Of a DNA stretch of 64,000 nucleotides, positions 49,027 to 56,770 are shown piece after piece. The first letter of the stretch is position 1; every line of letters starts with the position of its first letter. Source of the DNA: a virus. Lineage: Duplodnaviria; Heunggongvirae; Uroviricota; Caudoviricetes. The stretch lies in IMG/VR virus record IMGVR_UViG_3300027797_000011. One strand, written 5' to 3'. The notes under the pieces were generated by a model, which saw only the letters and a list, made by a program, of their open reading frames with translations, was not told the DNA's origin and made no database searches. Position numbers and translations under genes: made by a program.

Positions 49027-49911
49027 TCAAACTTTAGTTGATATGACATTGTCTTCAGAGTCAATTCGCACGATTTCTGGTCCGGAAACAACAGACTTAT
49101 CCTTCCGGGAATGTCGTTTGGATTGTTTGAATGTATCGCTAACAATAACATTATCCACATCGTCCTTCTCCTTGGTCCATATAATTATCTCCCAACGGCC
49201 ATCGTGATGCTCCACAAGTGCTGTACAACTTTCGACCCAGTCGCCGTCATTCATGTACATCACACCGTTGATTTCTTTTATCTCAGCGTGATGTATGTGT
49301 CCACATATGACTCCATCAAAGCCGCGCTTCTTACAGTAGTTGGCCAAGTTCTCTTCAAACTTGAACACGAAGTCTACTGCTTTTTTAACCTTGTACTTAA
49401 GATACTTGCTAAGGCTAAAGTACCCAAAACCCATGCGGCGACGAATCCAATTAAACTTATTGTTGACTGTAAGAACAATGTCATATGCTTTATCTCCTAA
49501 GAAAGCTATCCAGGGTGCCAGACGAGTTATGCCGTCAAATAAGTCACCGTGTGTGACCAGATAGTGCTTACCATCTGCGCCTATGTGTTCTGTTTGATTT
49601 TTTATCTCAATCAGACCAAAACTAAAACCATATGGTATCATAGGTCTTAAAAATTCATCATGATTGCCTGCTATGAATACAACTCTAGTGCCACGCTTGG
49701 CGTGTCCCAGTACTCTGCGTACTACATTGGTATGGCTTTGTTTCCATCGCCATTTGTTTTGTTGTATCTTCCACGCATCGATGATATCACCAACGAGGTA
49801 GAGAGTATCGCATGAATTATGCTTGAGAAAATTATTGAGTTGTTCCGCCTTGCAGTCTTTTGTACCCAAGTGGACATCACTCACAAAAATACTACGGTAA
49901 GTTTTTTGCAT
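49027..49911 (-). CDS. calcineurin-like metallophosphoesterase, LpxH-like (UDP-2,3-diacylglucosamine pyrophosphatase family)
   Basis: Motifs SDVHLG, GDIIDAW, GNHDEF, HGD and GHIHH, in LpxH order. 294 aa. Confidence 0.6.
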   Translation of the reverse strand: MQKTYRSIFVSDVHLGTKDCKAEQLNNFLKHNSCDTLYLVGDIIDAWKIQQNKWRWKQSHTNVVRRVLGHAKRGTRVVFIAGNHDEFLRPMIPYGFSFGLIEIKNQTEHIGADGKHYLVTHGDLFDGITRLAPWIAFLGDKAYDIVLTVNNKFNWIRRRMGFGYFSLSKYLKYKVKKAVDFVFKFEENLANYCKKRGFDGVICGHIHHAEIKEINGVMYMNDGDWVESCTALVEHHDGRWEIIIWTKEKDDVDNVIVSDTFKQSKRHSRKDKSVVSGPEIVRIDSEDNVISTKV

Positions 49912-49988
49912 TAACTATTTAACGCAAAATCGATTACACTAGTGTTACAGTCTGTATTATATTTGAACTAAAGTCTATTTGACTAAAA

Positions 49989-50717
49989 TTAGTTCAATAG
50001 TGTGTCTAGATAGACATCAGCGTTGGTTCTAGCGCCGTCTGCTCCACTGTTTCTGCGCCACCGCACACTGGTACCTGACGCAAACAACCATCCGCTACTT
50101 GTGGGATCTCGTACTATGGTCACTCTATGTGCTGTGATCTTTGATACCACATATCTAGCTGACGCATTGTCTGTTGCATAAAAGATCATGAAGCCTGCGG
50201 GCAAGTTGCTATGGTAGTATATGCCTGCGGGATGCAGTCGAGCCGCTGCCACACCATTGGCGTTTTTAACTAGGAATTTACGGCTGCTCATCTGTCTCAC
50301 AATGTCAGCTGTGTTATTAGTCAGCCCCAGTATGTTGGCTGTGATTCTAATGTGTTCCACACCACCAGTTACCACTGCGTTAAAACGGTAGCCCAACCCA
50401 CCCTCGTCATCGCCAACGTCTTGTCCGCTGGTGCTGGTAACTGTGGGCAATACGACGGATCTGTAGCCCGATCCTGGATTGGTTATTACAAAGGTAACAT
50501 TGCCACTTGTGACTGTGGCTGTAGCAGTTGCAGTCACACCACCTGGTTCTGTGGGTGCAGGTATGGTCACAGTGAGTGTGCCAGTCACGTTGGGGCTGCC
50601 TTTGACCTGAGTTGTTATACTGGCAATTCTGCCGCCCCCTAGTCCGTCGTCAGTGGTGGTACTCGCTAGCCCAAAGTTGGTGTTGCCAAATAGTCGTTTT
50701 TTTAGTGGTCTTCCCAT
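49989..50717 (-). CDS. hypothetical Gly/Thr/Val-rich protein (242 aa), GC-rich, possibly structural
   Basis: ORF track; composition; elevated GC. Confidence 0.5.
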   Translation of the reverse strand: MGRPLKKRLFGNTNFGLASTTTDDGLGGGRIASITTQVKGSPNVTGTLTVTIPAPTEPGGVTATATATVTSGNVTFVITNPGSGYRSVVLPTVTSTSGQDVGDDEGGLGYRFNAVVTGGVEHIRITANILGLTNNTADIVRQMSSRKFLVKNANGVAAARLHPAGIYYHSNLPAGFMIFYATDNASARYVVSKITAHRVTIVRDPTSSGWLFASGTSVRWRRNSGADGARTNADVYLDTLLN

Positions 50718-50749
50718 GATATTTTATCCTTGTTATCTGCTATTTAGTC

Positions 50750-50773
50750 AAAAAAAAGCCCACCGAAGTGGGC
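50750..50773 (-). terminator. rho-independent terminator of the tmRNA coding piece
   Basis: Minus sense: GCCCACUUCGGUGGGC followed by U8. Confidence 0.7.
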
Positions 50774-50779
50774 TTGGTG

Positions 50780-51110
50780 GTTTCTGTTACGAGGTATTTC
50801 CTACCCTAGGCGGCTGTTAGGCGGCCAATGCGAACTGTTCGTCGTTTGCGTTTACGTGTTGTGCTTCTACGACCGAGTTACCCCAATCCTACGGGTTCTG
50901 CTTTCCCGAGCTGTCCACTCATTTACTTGTTGCCCTGTCGAAACTATGCATCCCCATCAAAAGCATACTATTTTAGTCTGAGCGCATCACATGCGACTTT
51001 TTAACTCAACGACCTAGTATGCTTATGGTGGAGATGGGGGGATTCGCACCCCCGTCCAGAACACTTTTCTCTTTGCTTCATACAGCAATAACCTACAGTA
51101 TATATTTATT
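50780..51110 (-). ncRNA. ssrA: circularly permuted two-piece tmRNA (ssrA). Acceptor piece at about 51026-51110 ending CCA; intervening hairpin 50956-51025; coding piece 50955 down to about 50780. Tag ANDEQFALAA.
   Basis: Minus sense. The 3' end GGACGGGGGUGCGAAUCCCCCCAUCUCCACCA has a T-arm and acceptor. The 5' start GGGGAUGCAUAGUUUCGACAGGG lies 70 nt downstream of the CCA in transcription order. Acceptor GGGGAUG/CAUCUCC has a G3-U70 pair. Tag frame GCA AAC GAC GAA CAG UUC GCA UUG GCC GCC UAA. The spacer forms an AAGCAUACUA/UAGUAUGCUU stem. Confidence 0.8.
51075..51092. repeat. 18-bp direct repeat copy 1 (GCTTCATACAGCAATAAC)
   Basis: Identical copy at 51567..51584; extended imperfect similarity of about 34 bp. 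Confidence 0.8.
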
Positions 51111-51446
51111 CAGAGGAGTTGTCAATAACCTGTTACGCCAAAACTCTCGGGCCGCATCGCTTTGTTCATCGCTTGGAACTAGTACTCCGTCAATCTCACT
51201 TTGCACAATGTCGTACATCACCGTGGCAACACCCGTTCGTTTGTAACCGGAATATACTTCAATGTGATGCGGATACCATTTGTTATCTCTATCATACTTG
51301 AAAACTGCTGTGGAGATTTTTTTAGACCGAACTTTGTTTTTAATTACGGATACAGTGAATATAAGACTGCATTTATTTTTGGTGTAATCGTAAACAACTT
51401 GTTCTTGAGTTTTAATCAAAGAACAGACCAACTGATAGTCTGACAT
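51093..51446 (-). CDS. small GNAT-family acetyltransferase (117 aa)
   Basis: HIEVYSGYKRTGVATVMYD matches the GNAT acetyl-CoA-binding motif A (R/Q-x-x-G-x-G/A). Confidence 0.55.
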   Translation of the reverse strand: MSDYQLVCSLIKTQEQVVYDYTKNKCSLIFTVSVIKNKVRSKKISTAVFKYDRDNKWYPHHIEVYSGYKRTGVATVMYDIVQSEIDGVLVPSDEQSDAAREFWRNRLLTTPLNKYIL

Positions 51447-51452
51447 CAGTGG

Positions 51453-51554
51453 TCAAAAGATCGAAGTTTTTTCTTCGTCTTTGGATTTATCTCTAGTTAG
51501 ATAACCTATACCAAATACTACCCAAAATGCTAAAAATAAACATAAACCTAACAT
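51453..51554 (-). CDS. small TM peptide (33 aa) immediately upstream of the GNAT gene
   Basis: By-eye translation MLGLCLFLAFWVVFGIGYLTRDKSKDEEKTSIF. Lies between direct-repeat copy 2 and the GNAT start. Confidence 0.35.
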   Translation of the reverse strand: MLGLCLFLAFWVVFGIGYLTRDKSKDEEKTSIF

Positions 51555-51566
51555 AACTTTCCTTCT

Positions 51567-51584
51567 GCTTCATACAGCAATAAC
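51567..51584. repeat. 18-bp direct repeat copy 2 (GCTTCATACAGCAATAAC)
   Basis: See copy 1. Confidence 0.8.
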
Positions 51585-51711
51585 TTATACTATACAACAA
51601 TTAAGGAATGTTGTCAACCTTGTCGGACTCCGCAGGGCGTGTGGTTCCTCCGACTAGATTGATAGGCCTCTCACCTACTGCTATCTGCTATGCAGAAATG
51701 CCCCTGTCAGA

Positions 51712-52440
51712 TTAATGATTAATCCACTCGCTATTTTTATATGGTTTCCCAACTTCTGCTTGCGGTAGATAACTGACTATTTTTTTCTTAAAATGTTTTA
51801 TTATAGGATGACCGTGATCGTGTCCAAATGCTTTTAGATACATGATATAACAATTTTTTGTATATCTACCTTTGTGATTTTGATTTATGTAGTTTATAAT
51901 CTTTGTTTTTTTGCCGTTAAACATTTCATGTAATTCACAGGCAGTATTAAATGCATACGCATCAATCTCGTCTCTACATCCTAGGTAACCCTGCTCTTCT
52001 CTTTGCTTAGTTCTACTGGCCGTACTAGGAAACTCTGGTGTTGTTTTCCAGTTCCTACGGCGGTGTTGTCTCATGTGTATAATTTCATGTAGCACAGTAT
52101 CGGCAAATGTTGAACATATTCTAGAGAACATTCTAGGACTTAATTTTACAGGTTTTGTTTTATTATGATAATTGAAATTAATTTCAATGCATTTTTTATA
52201 TTCTGCATCAAAGTCACTATAGTATGCACCACCGATCCAAACTTTTCCCGGATCTACTTTAGTTGAATAAAGTTTTCTAAACCTAATAGGAATATATTGG
52301 TTAATTTGATTTTTAAACTTACGCTGGATTTGCTCGGGCGTAAGTTGTTGATTGACTATTTTGTCATGAGTTTGATATAAAATATCAAAAAGAGTTTTTC
52401 TATCCAATTGGAACCAGTCAAAAGCGGCGTCTTTTTTCAT
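51712..52440 (-). CDS. putative zinc metallopeptidase (HExxH), SprT-like
   Basis: VLHEIIHMRQH motif. 242 aa. Confidence 0.5.
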   Translation of the reverse strand: MKKDAAFDWFQLDRKTLFDILYQTHDKIVNQQLTPEQIQRKFKNQINQYIPIRFRKLYSTKVDPGKVWIGGAYYSDFDAEYKKCIEINFNYHNKTKPVKLSPRMFSRICSTFADTVLHEIIHMRQHRRRNWKTTPEFPSTASRTKQREEQGYLGCRDEIDAYAFNTACELHEMFNGKKTKIINYINQNHKGRYTKNCYIMYLKAFGHDHGHPIIKHFKKKIVSYLPQAEVGKPYKNSEWINH

Positions 52441-52500
52441 GATCTTACCCTATATATCAGTAATTATCCTAAAAAAACTTTCCATTATATTTGTATATAA

Positions 52501-52575
52501 TATGGCGGGCCCTGCAGGAATCGAACCCACATCGCCAAGTTCGAAGCATGGCATTCTATCCGTTGAACTAAGGAC
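52501..52575 (-). tRNA. tRNA-Arg (anticodon UCG), short (72 nt plus CCA)
   Basis: Acceptor GGGUCCU/AGGGCCC, T-loop UUCGAUU, anticodon loop CUUCGAA, CCA encoded. One anticodon-stem mismatch. Confidence 0.6.
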
Positions 52576-52582
52576 CCTTAAA

Positions 52583-52690
52583 AATGGTGTGGCTGGTAGG
52601 ACTTGAACCTACAAGGTGAAGCTAGGCTTCAAACCTATCCCTGAAACCTTTGGCGGGTTTTTCGGAGCTATGCCAATTTCGCTTACAGCC
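52583..52690 (-). tRNA. atypical 108-nt tRNA-like gene with perfect acceptor and T-arm but about 33 extra nucleotides in the anticodon/variable region
   Basis: Acceptor GUGGCUG/CAGCCAC, discriminator A, CCA. T-arm GUAGG-UUCAAGU-CCUAC. D-arm AGC-GAAAUUGGCAUA-GCU. Internal hairpins AAACC-CGCCAAA-GGUUU and GAAGC-CUA-GCUUC. No shorter cloverleaf can be closed. Confidence 0.45.
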
Positions 52691-52781
52691 ACAGTTAACT
52701 TTAACATGTTATTGTATTTAAGTCAAGTAATTGTGAGTAAATTAACTACCGTTATAAATAGCGTTATGAGAGAGTAATAAC

Positions 52782-53411
52782 ATGGTCATGTGCAATCTTC
52801 AACCTGAGTTTGATTCAAACTGGATTGATTTAATCAAATTAGATCCGGTACATCCAACGGACGAAAAAAAGAATTTAATGAGAAGATTGGGAAATGATAG
52901 ACTCATTTATACTCTTATCATGGACGGCAAACCTTGTGCCATGCTTCAGGTGGCGCTCAAAAATAAATGCCCCACTACTGCAAATGAACTTTGGAATAAA
53001 CGGGAAGATGTAGATTTTAACTATGCTGTGTTTTATTCCGTATTCCGGTTACCCGGTGCAGACAATGCCAAGGGGTCTGTAAAAGAATTAATATTTGAGG
53101 CCGCCGCAGACCTACAAAAAAGATATGTAGGAATTTCAAAGTTTATTACATTAAGCCCAATACCTAGTCTTCGTAAAAACTTTAAAAAGAATCCCGGTAT
53201 TGAAGAAGTACAAGAATACATATTCAATAAAAAAGACCCAGTAGCACGATTCCATATGATGAATGGAGCCTTACCCTGGGCTGTTAGACCAAAAGCTGAT
53301 TCTAGCAAATTACGTAAAGATGAAAGTTGGGGTTGGATGGTCAGTTATGATTATACACCACTACTAGACCATCCAACCATTAAACTACATCCTATAGTAG
53401 AAATAGCCTAA
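52782..53411 (+). CDS. malonyl-CoA decarboxylase-like catalytic domain (GNAT-fold), stand-alone 209 aa
   Basis: ITLSPIPSL (MCD TLSPIPGF motif with catalytic Ser) and ARFHMMNGALPW (MCD FHLGNGA motif with catalytic His). Confidence 0.55.
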   Translation: MVMCNLQPEFDSNWIDLIKLDPVHPTDEKKNLMRRLGNDRLIYTLIMDGKPCAMLQVALKNKCPTTANELWNKREDVDFNYAVFYSVFRLPGADNAKGSVKELIFEAAADLQKRYVGISKFITLSPIPSLRKNFKKNPGIEEVQEYIFNKKDPVARFHMMNGALPWAVRPKADSSKLRKDESWGWMVSYDYTPLLDHPTIKLHPIVEIA

Positions 53412-54017
53412 TTACATTGTAGGACCGTTTCCGTTCCTAAAGTCAATACTACCGCCTTCTTCCTTAATACGCCCTTTAACATCTTCAAACAAGATAGGCG
53501 CAAAGTCCGGAGTTTGTTCTACGCAAACGCAATGATACCGTACATCGTTCTCATCGCTGTATAAAACCTCTCCAGTTCTAGCATCAACACCACGAGCCTT
53601 CTTCACACGATTTGCATGAGTATGTCCGTGAATGTTAGTGCCAAATCGCCCCATTGAATCTGAGTGTAACGGAATATGGCTTAAGATCATTCCGTCCATA
53701 ACATGATATGCACGTAATTCTCTAAAGTATATCCTGTACTCGTCATCGCGGAAGATGTCGTGGTTGCCGCGAATCAAAACCTTGTCGCCGTTTAAACGGG
53801 CTAAGGTACTTAAAGCCTTACGGTTAATAACTACGTCACCTAAATGGTAGACCTTGTCAGTGGGTTTTACCCTTTCGTTCCACGCCTTGACCATTGCTTC
53901 GTCCATTTCCTCAGCAGAGTCCCATGGACGTAATTTTGTAACACCATCGTTACGAGTGAAGCGGCAGACGCCGGTATGTCCGAAATGCGTGTCGCTAACT
54001 AAAAATACACTAGGCAT
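53412..54017 (-). CDS. calcineurin-like metallophosphoesterase / Ser-Thr phosphatase-like
   Basis: DTHFGH, GDVV, GNHD and GHTH motifs. 201 aa. Confidence 0.7.
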   Translation of the reverse strand: MPSVFLVSDTHFGHTGVCRFTRNDGVTKLRPWDSAEEMDEAMVKAWNERVKPTDKVYHLGDVVINRKALSTLARLNGDKVLIRGNHDIFRDDEYRIYFRELRAYHVMDGMILSHIPLHSDSMGRFGTNIHGHTHANRVKKARGVDARTGEVLYSDENDVRYHCVCVEQTPDFAPILFEDVKGRIKEEGGSIDFRNGNGPTM

Positions 54018-54255
54018 CTTGCCCTCCTTTCTTTAATATGTCTCTTTTACAATTTTAAATTCTGTTGTCGGATACTTTGCTTTAAACTCTTCAGTCTTGA
54101 CGTAATCGTTATAGTGCTTTGCATCAAAAAACATACGATGGAAAACTGTTTTGTGATCCAAGGTAGTTACTGTGAGATAAACTGATTTTGCTTTGCCAGC
54201 CATTATATGCCTTTCACTGTTTAATGTAATATTATAACATCAGACACAGAGTCTG

Positions 54256-54840
54256 TCAAGGTATTAATTTTCTACGTTCTCGTCTCTCAGCCGCTAATGT
54301 AAAAACTTTCTCATTGTCATTGGTCCAGTCTATTGCTTTCTTAGGAATGATCAAACCTGACTCGAGTGTCACCCCATTAATAGAGTGCGGCTCATTTTCA
54401 TCATAGGTCCATCCTAGGTGTTTCATCATGCGATGCTTGACTAACAGGTTGGGACTACGAAAAACTTCAGTATCATCAAACCCCATCATGACACCAAGCT
54501 CGCAAACTGCACCGCTACGACATACACCTGCTACACAATGCACAATGACGTTCATCCTATTCTCTAATGCATGTTGCAATAATCGAACAAGCTCGGCGGC
54601 CTGCTCGTGACTGCAACGCATAGATTCTTCAAGTGCAAAATCCTTTTCTTCAATGTCTAAAAATTCAAACTGATGAACTTCTTTGAACGTATATTTTGGT
54701 ACAGGAAAATCACCAGGCGGATCCACAATCTGAATCAGCATGGCATTAACTCCGGGGTCAAAATGAAACCCTTTTTTGATGTCGCTTAGTGCAACGTTTT
54801 GAATCCATGGCATAATTGCCTCCTTAACATTCAATGTCAA
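54256..54840 (-). CDS. dual-specificity / tyrosine protein phosphatase (CX5R)
   Basis: Active-site signature VHCVAGVCRSGAV. 194 aa. Confidence 0.75.
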   Translation of the reverse strand: MTLNVKEAIMPWIQNVALSDIKKGFHFDPGVNAMLIQIVDPPGDFPVPKYTFKEVHQFEFLDIEEKDFALEESMRCSHEQAAELVRLLQHALENRMNVIVHCVAGVCRSGAVCELGVMMGFDDTEVFRSPNLLVKHRMMKHLGWTYDENEPHSINGVTLESGLIIPKKAIDWTNDNEKVFTLAAERRERRKLIP

Positions 54841-55030
54841 TGTGTCGACCTTTGTCTAAATCTAAACGAATATTTCTTGCTACTCGTTCTGCTATGATTT
54901 GATCAAGCCTACGCTCTTCAATCTTTTTGCTGTAATCATCGGTTCTTTGTTTCCCCAAACGAGCCTGATCCAACCGATATTGTTCTAGATTATACTTAGT
55001 AACACTTTGTTCTGCTCTTGATATTGCCAT
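54824..55030 (-). CDS. hypothetical protein (68 aa)
   Basis: ORF track. Confidence 0.45.
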   Translation of the reverse strand: MAISRAEQSVTKYNLEQYRLDQARLGKQRTDDYSKKIEERRLDQIIAERVARNIRLDLDKGRHIDIEC

Positions 55031-55257
55031 TACACTCGTTCCTTTTTAACACGACCAATACGTGATGCCTTATTCCAATCGTAGGCAACACCGTCTGGGC
55101 ATAGTCCGTTCTTCACAGCGTCCACACCAAACATCCCAACGATTTCAAAATCTGTTCCAACGATTCTTACAAATTCGTTCATGCACTTAGCAACGTTCAT
55201 TGCTTCGGCAAGTGTAAGAACTTTGAGTGTTTCTTCTTTTCCTATTATTTTATACAT
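55030..55257 (-). CDS. hypothetical protein (75 aa)
   Basis: ORF track. Confidence 0.5.
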   Translation of the reverse strand: MYKIIGKEETLKVLTLAEAMNVAKCMNEFVRIVGTDFEIVGMFGVDAVKNGLCPDGVAYDWNKASRIGRVKKERV

Positions 55258-55345
55258 ACCACTATTATAACGCTGGTTTTACCATAAGTCAACCTAAAAG
55301 AAAACCAAACTGTATGGTCTACGCCACAGTGAGTTTGGCCATATA

Positions 55346-55420
55346 TGGTCCCACCACCAGGAATCGAACCTGGATTTGAGTCTTAGGAGGACCCCGTTCT
55401 ATCCATTGAACTACAGCGGG
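55346..55420 (-). tRNA. tRNA-Arg (anticodon CCU)
   Basis: T-arm CCAGG-UUCGAUU-CCUGG; anticodon loop CUCCUAA; D-arm GUUC/GAAC; CCA encoded. The acceptor has three G-U pairs. Overlaps the 3' end of CDS 55383..55802. Confidence 0.55.
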
Positions 55421-55802
55421 CTATGATATCTGTAGAAGAATATTCTTCAATCCTGTCAAAATATACTACTTTGTTACAATATTCGTGTGCTGTAGATTTT
55501 TTATCCTGTTTCCAGTCGCTGCCTTTGACATATACGTCTGGCTGGTAACGTTTCATCAAACCAATCAAATCTTCAGTGCTATCAAATAATTCAACAATGT
55601 CTACTGCTTTAAGAGCAGATAGCATGATCCTGCGATCGTTTTGATTATTGATAGGTCGACTATTGCCCTTAAGTTCTCGAACACGACGATCTGTGTCAAT
55701 GGCAACAATAAGATAGTCACCATAACTATGTGCGGTGTTTAACAACGCAATATGCCCCGGGTGAAGTACATCAAATGTACCATTCACCATCACCGTGGTC
55801 AT
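55383..55802 (-). CDS. cytidylyltransferase-family nucleotidyltransferase (RfaE domain II / TagD-like)
   Basis: NGTFDVLHPGH HxGH signature. 139 aa. Confidence 0.75.
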   Translation of the reverse strand: MTTVMVNGTFDVLHPGHIALLNTAHSYGDYLIVAIDTDRRVRELKGNSRPINNQNDRRIMLSALKAVDIVELFDSTEDLIGLMKRYQPDVYVKGSDWKQDKKSTAHEYCNKVVYFDRIEEYSSTDIIARCSSMDRTGSS

Positions 55803-56155
55803 TTTTGACTATCGCCTTTACCCACACGATAGTTGTCTTCAACCGAATCCGGAGTACTAACTTCAATTATTGTACCTTCTTCTTGGCAAATTAATTGATG
55901 AGGCTTGCATGGTTCATTATGCCATGTATCTCCCGGTTTGAGATATGTTGTGTATTCTTCAGCGGTAGTAGTATCGATCCACTTGACAAAAAATAAGCCA
56001 TCTAATACATACCACGTTTCTTCTTTATCTTTGTGAAAGTGCAGACTAAACTTTGCACCAGTATTAAATCGCATCAATTTTCCGCAGTACTTGTCATTGG
56101 TGGCCCAAATTAATTCAGAACCCCAACCCTTTTTAACAAAACCTTCTAATCTCAT
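55799..56155 (-). CDS. cupin-fold protein (sugar isomerase/epimerase-like)
   Basis: Cupin motifs G(x)5HxH-like FSLHFHKDKEETWYVLDG and PGDTWHNEPCKPH. 118 aa. Confidence 0.55.
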   Translation of the reverse strand: MRLEGFVKKGWGSELIWATNDKYCGKLMRFNTGAKFSLHFHKDKEETWYVLDGLFFVKWIDTTTAEEYTTYLKPGDTWHNEPCKPHQLICQEEGTIIEVSTPDSVEDNYRVGKGDSQK

Positions 56156-56349
56156 TCTGGTAACTCTCTAAAACGTTGGAGGAAGCTTTCTACATAGCAA
56201 CTGTATTCTCTTGGCTCAGTATTGCTTTTTTCTCTGTAATGGACCCATGTGTGTCCATCGGGAAGATCGATAGTTCGAATTACAAAAAAGATCTTACTAT
56301 CGTTTCCAGACCATCTGCTTCCGTCTTTGGGTAATGTTACTTGAACCAT
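56152..56349 (-). CDS. hypothetical protein (65 aa)
   Basis: ORF track. Confidence 0.45.
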   Translation of the reverse strand: MVQVTLPKDGSRWSGNDSKIFFVIRTIDLPDGHTWVHYREKSNTEPREYSCYVESFLQRFRELPE

Positions 56350-56756
56350 CCTATTTTTTCTCCAGCTTGTTTACGGCGCTCATATTCTTCCGGACTGCTA
56401 GGATACCGTAACGCCCATACAGCACATAATAACATACCTAGGCCAACTCCTGCAACCAGTTTCCAGTTCCCTGTAGTAAACCAAAGAATAATTAAACTGA
56501 TGTCCATAGTGATTACCATGGCCCATTTGCCATACGTAGGGAACACACGTTTTTCAGACCAATTACGAAGAAATGGTCCAAACAATTTGTGATTCATAAT
56601 CCAGTTATGCCAGCGGTCACTGCTTTTAGCAAAACAAAACGCGGCACCCACAGTAGGTGTACTCCAGGGTATACCAGGTGTTACTACTCCAATGTAGGCA
56701 ATACCTAGGCAAATCATGCCCAGTGTAAACCAAAAAGCCTTTTTAATTTTTTCCAT
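56337..56756 (-). CDS. YbaN/DUF454-like inner-membrane protein
   Basis: Trimmed to the internal Met MEKIKKAFWF to avoid the tRNA overlap. Four hydrophobic helices. Confidence 0.5.
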   Translation of the reverse strand: MEKIKKAFWFTLGMICLGIAYIGVVTPGIPWSTPTVGAAFCFAKSSDRWHNWIMNHKLFGPFLRNWSEKRVFPTYGKWAMVITMDISLIILWFTTGNWKLVAGVGLGMLLCAVWALRYPSSPEEYERRKQAGEKIGWFK

Positions 56757-56770
56757 ATAACCTTTAAAGT

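Noticed and set aside
50780-51110. Standard one-piece tmRNA reading
   Set aside because: The CCA 3' end (51026-51028) lies upstream, in transcription order, of the GGGG 5' start (50955). Only a permuted (two-piece) architecture fits.
52583-52690. tRNA-Sec (selC) interpretation of the 108-nt tRNA-like gene
   Set aside because: No 8-bp acceptor or 6-bp D-stem; discriminator is A not G; no UCA loop in a pairable stem.
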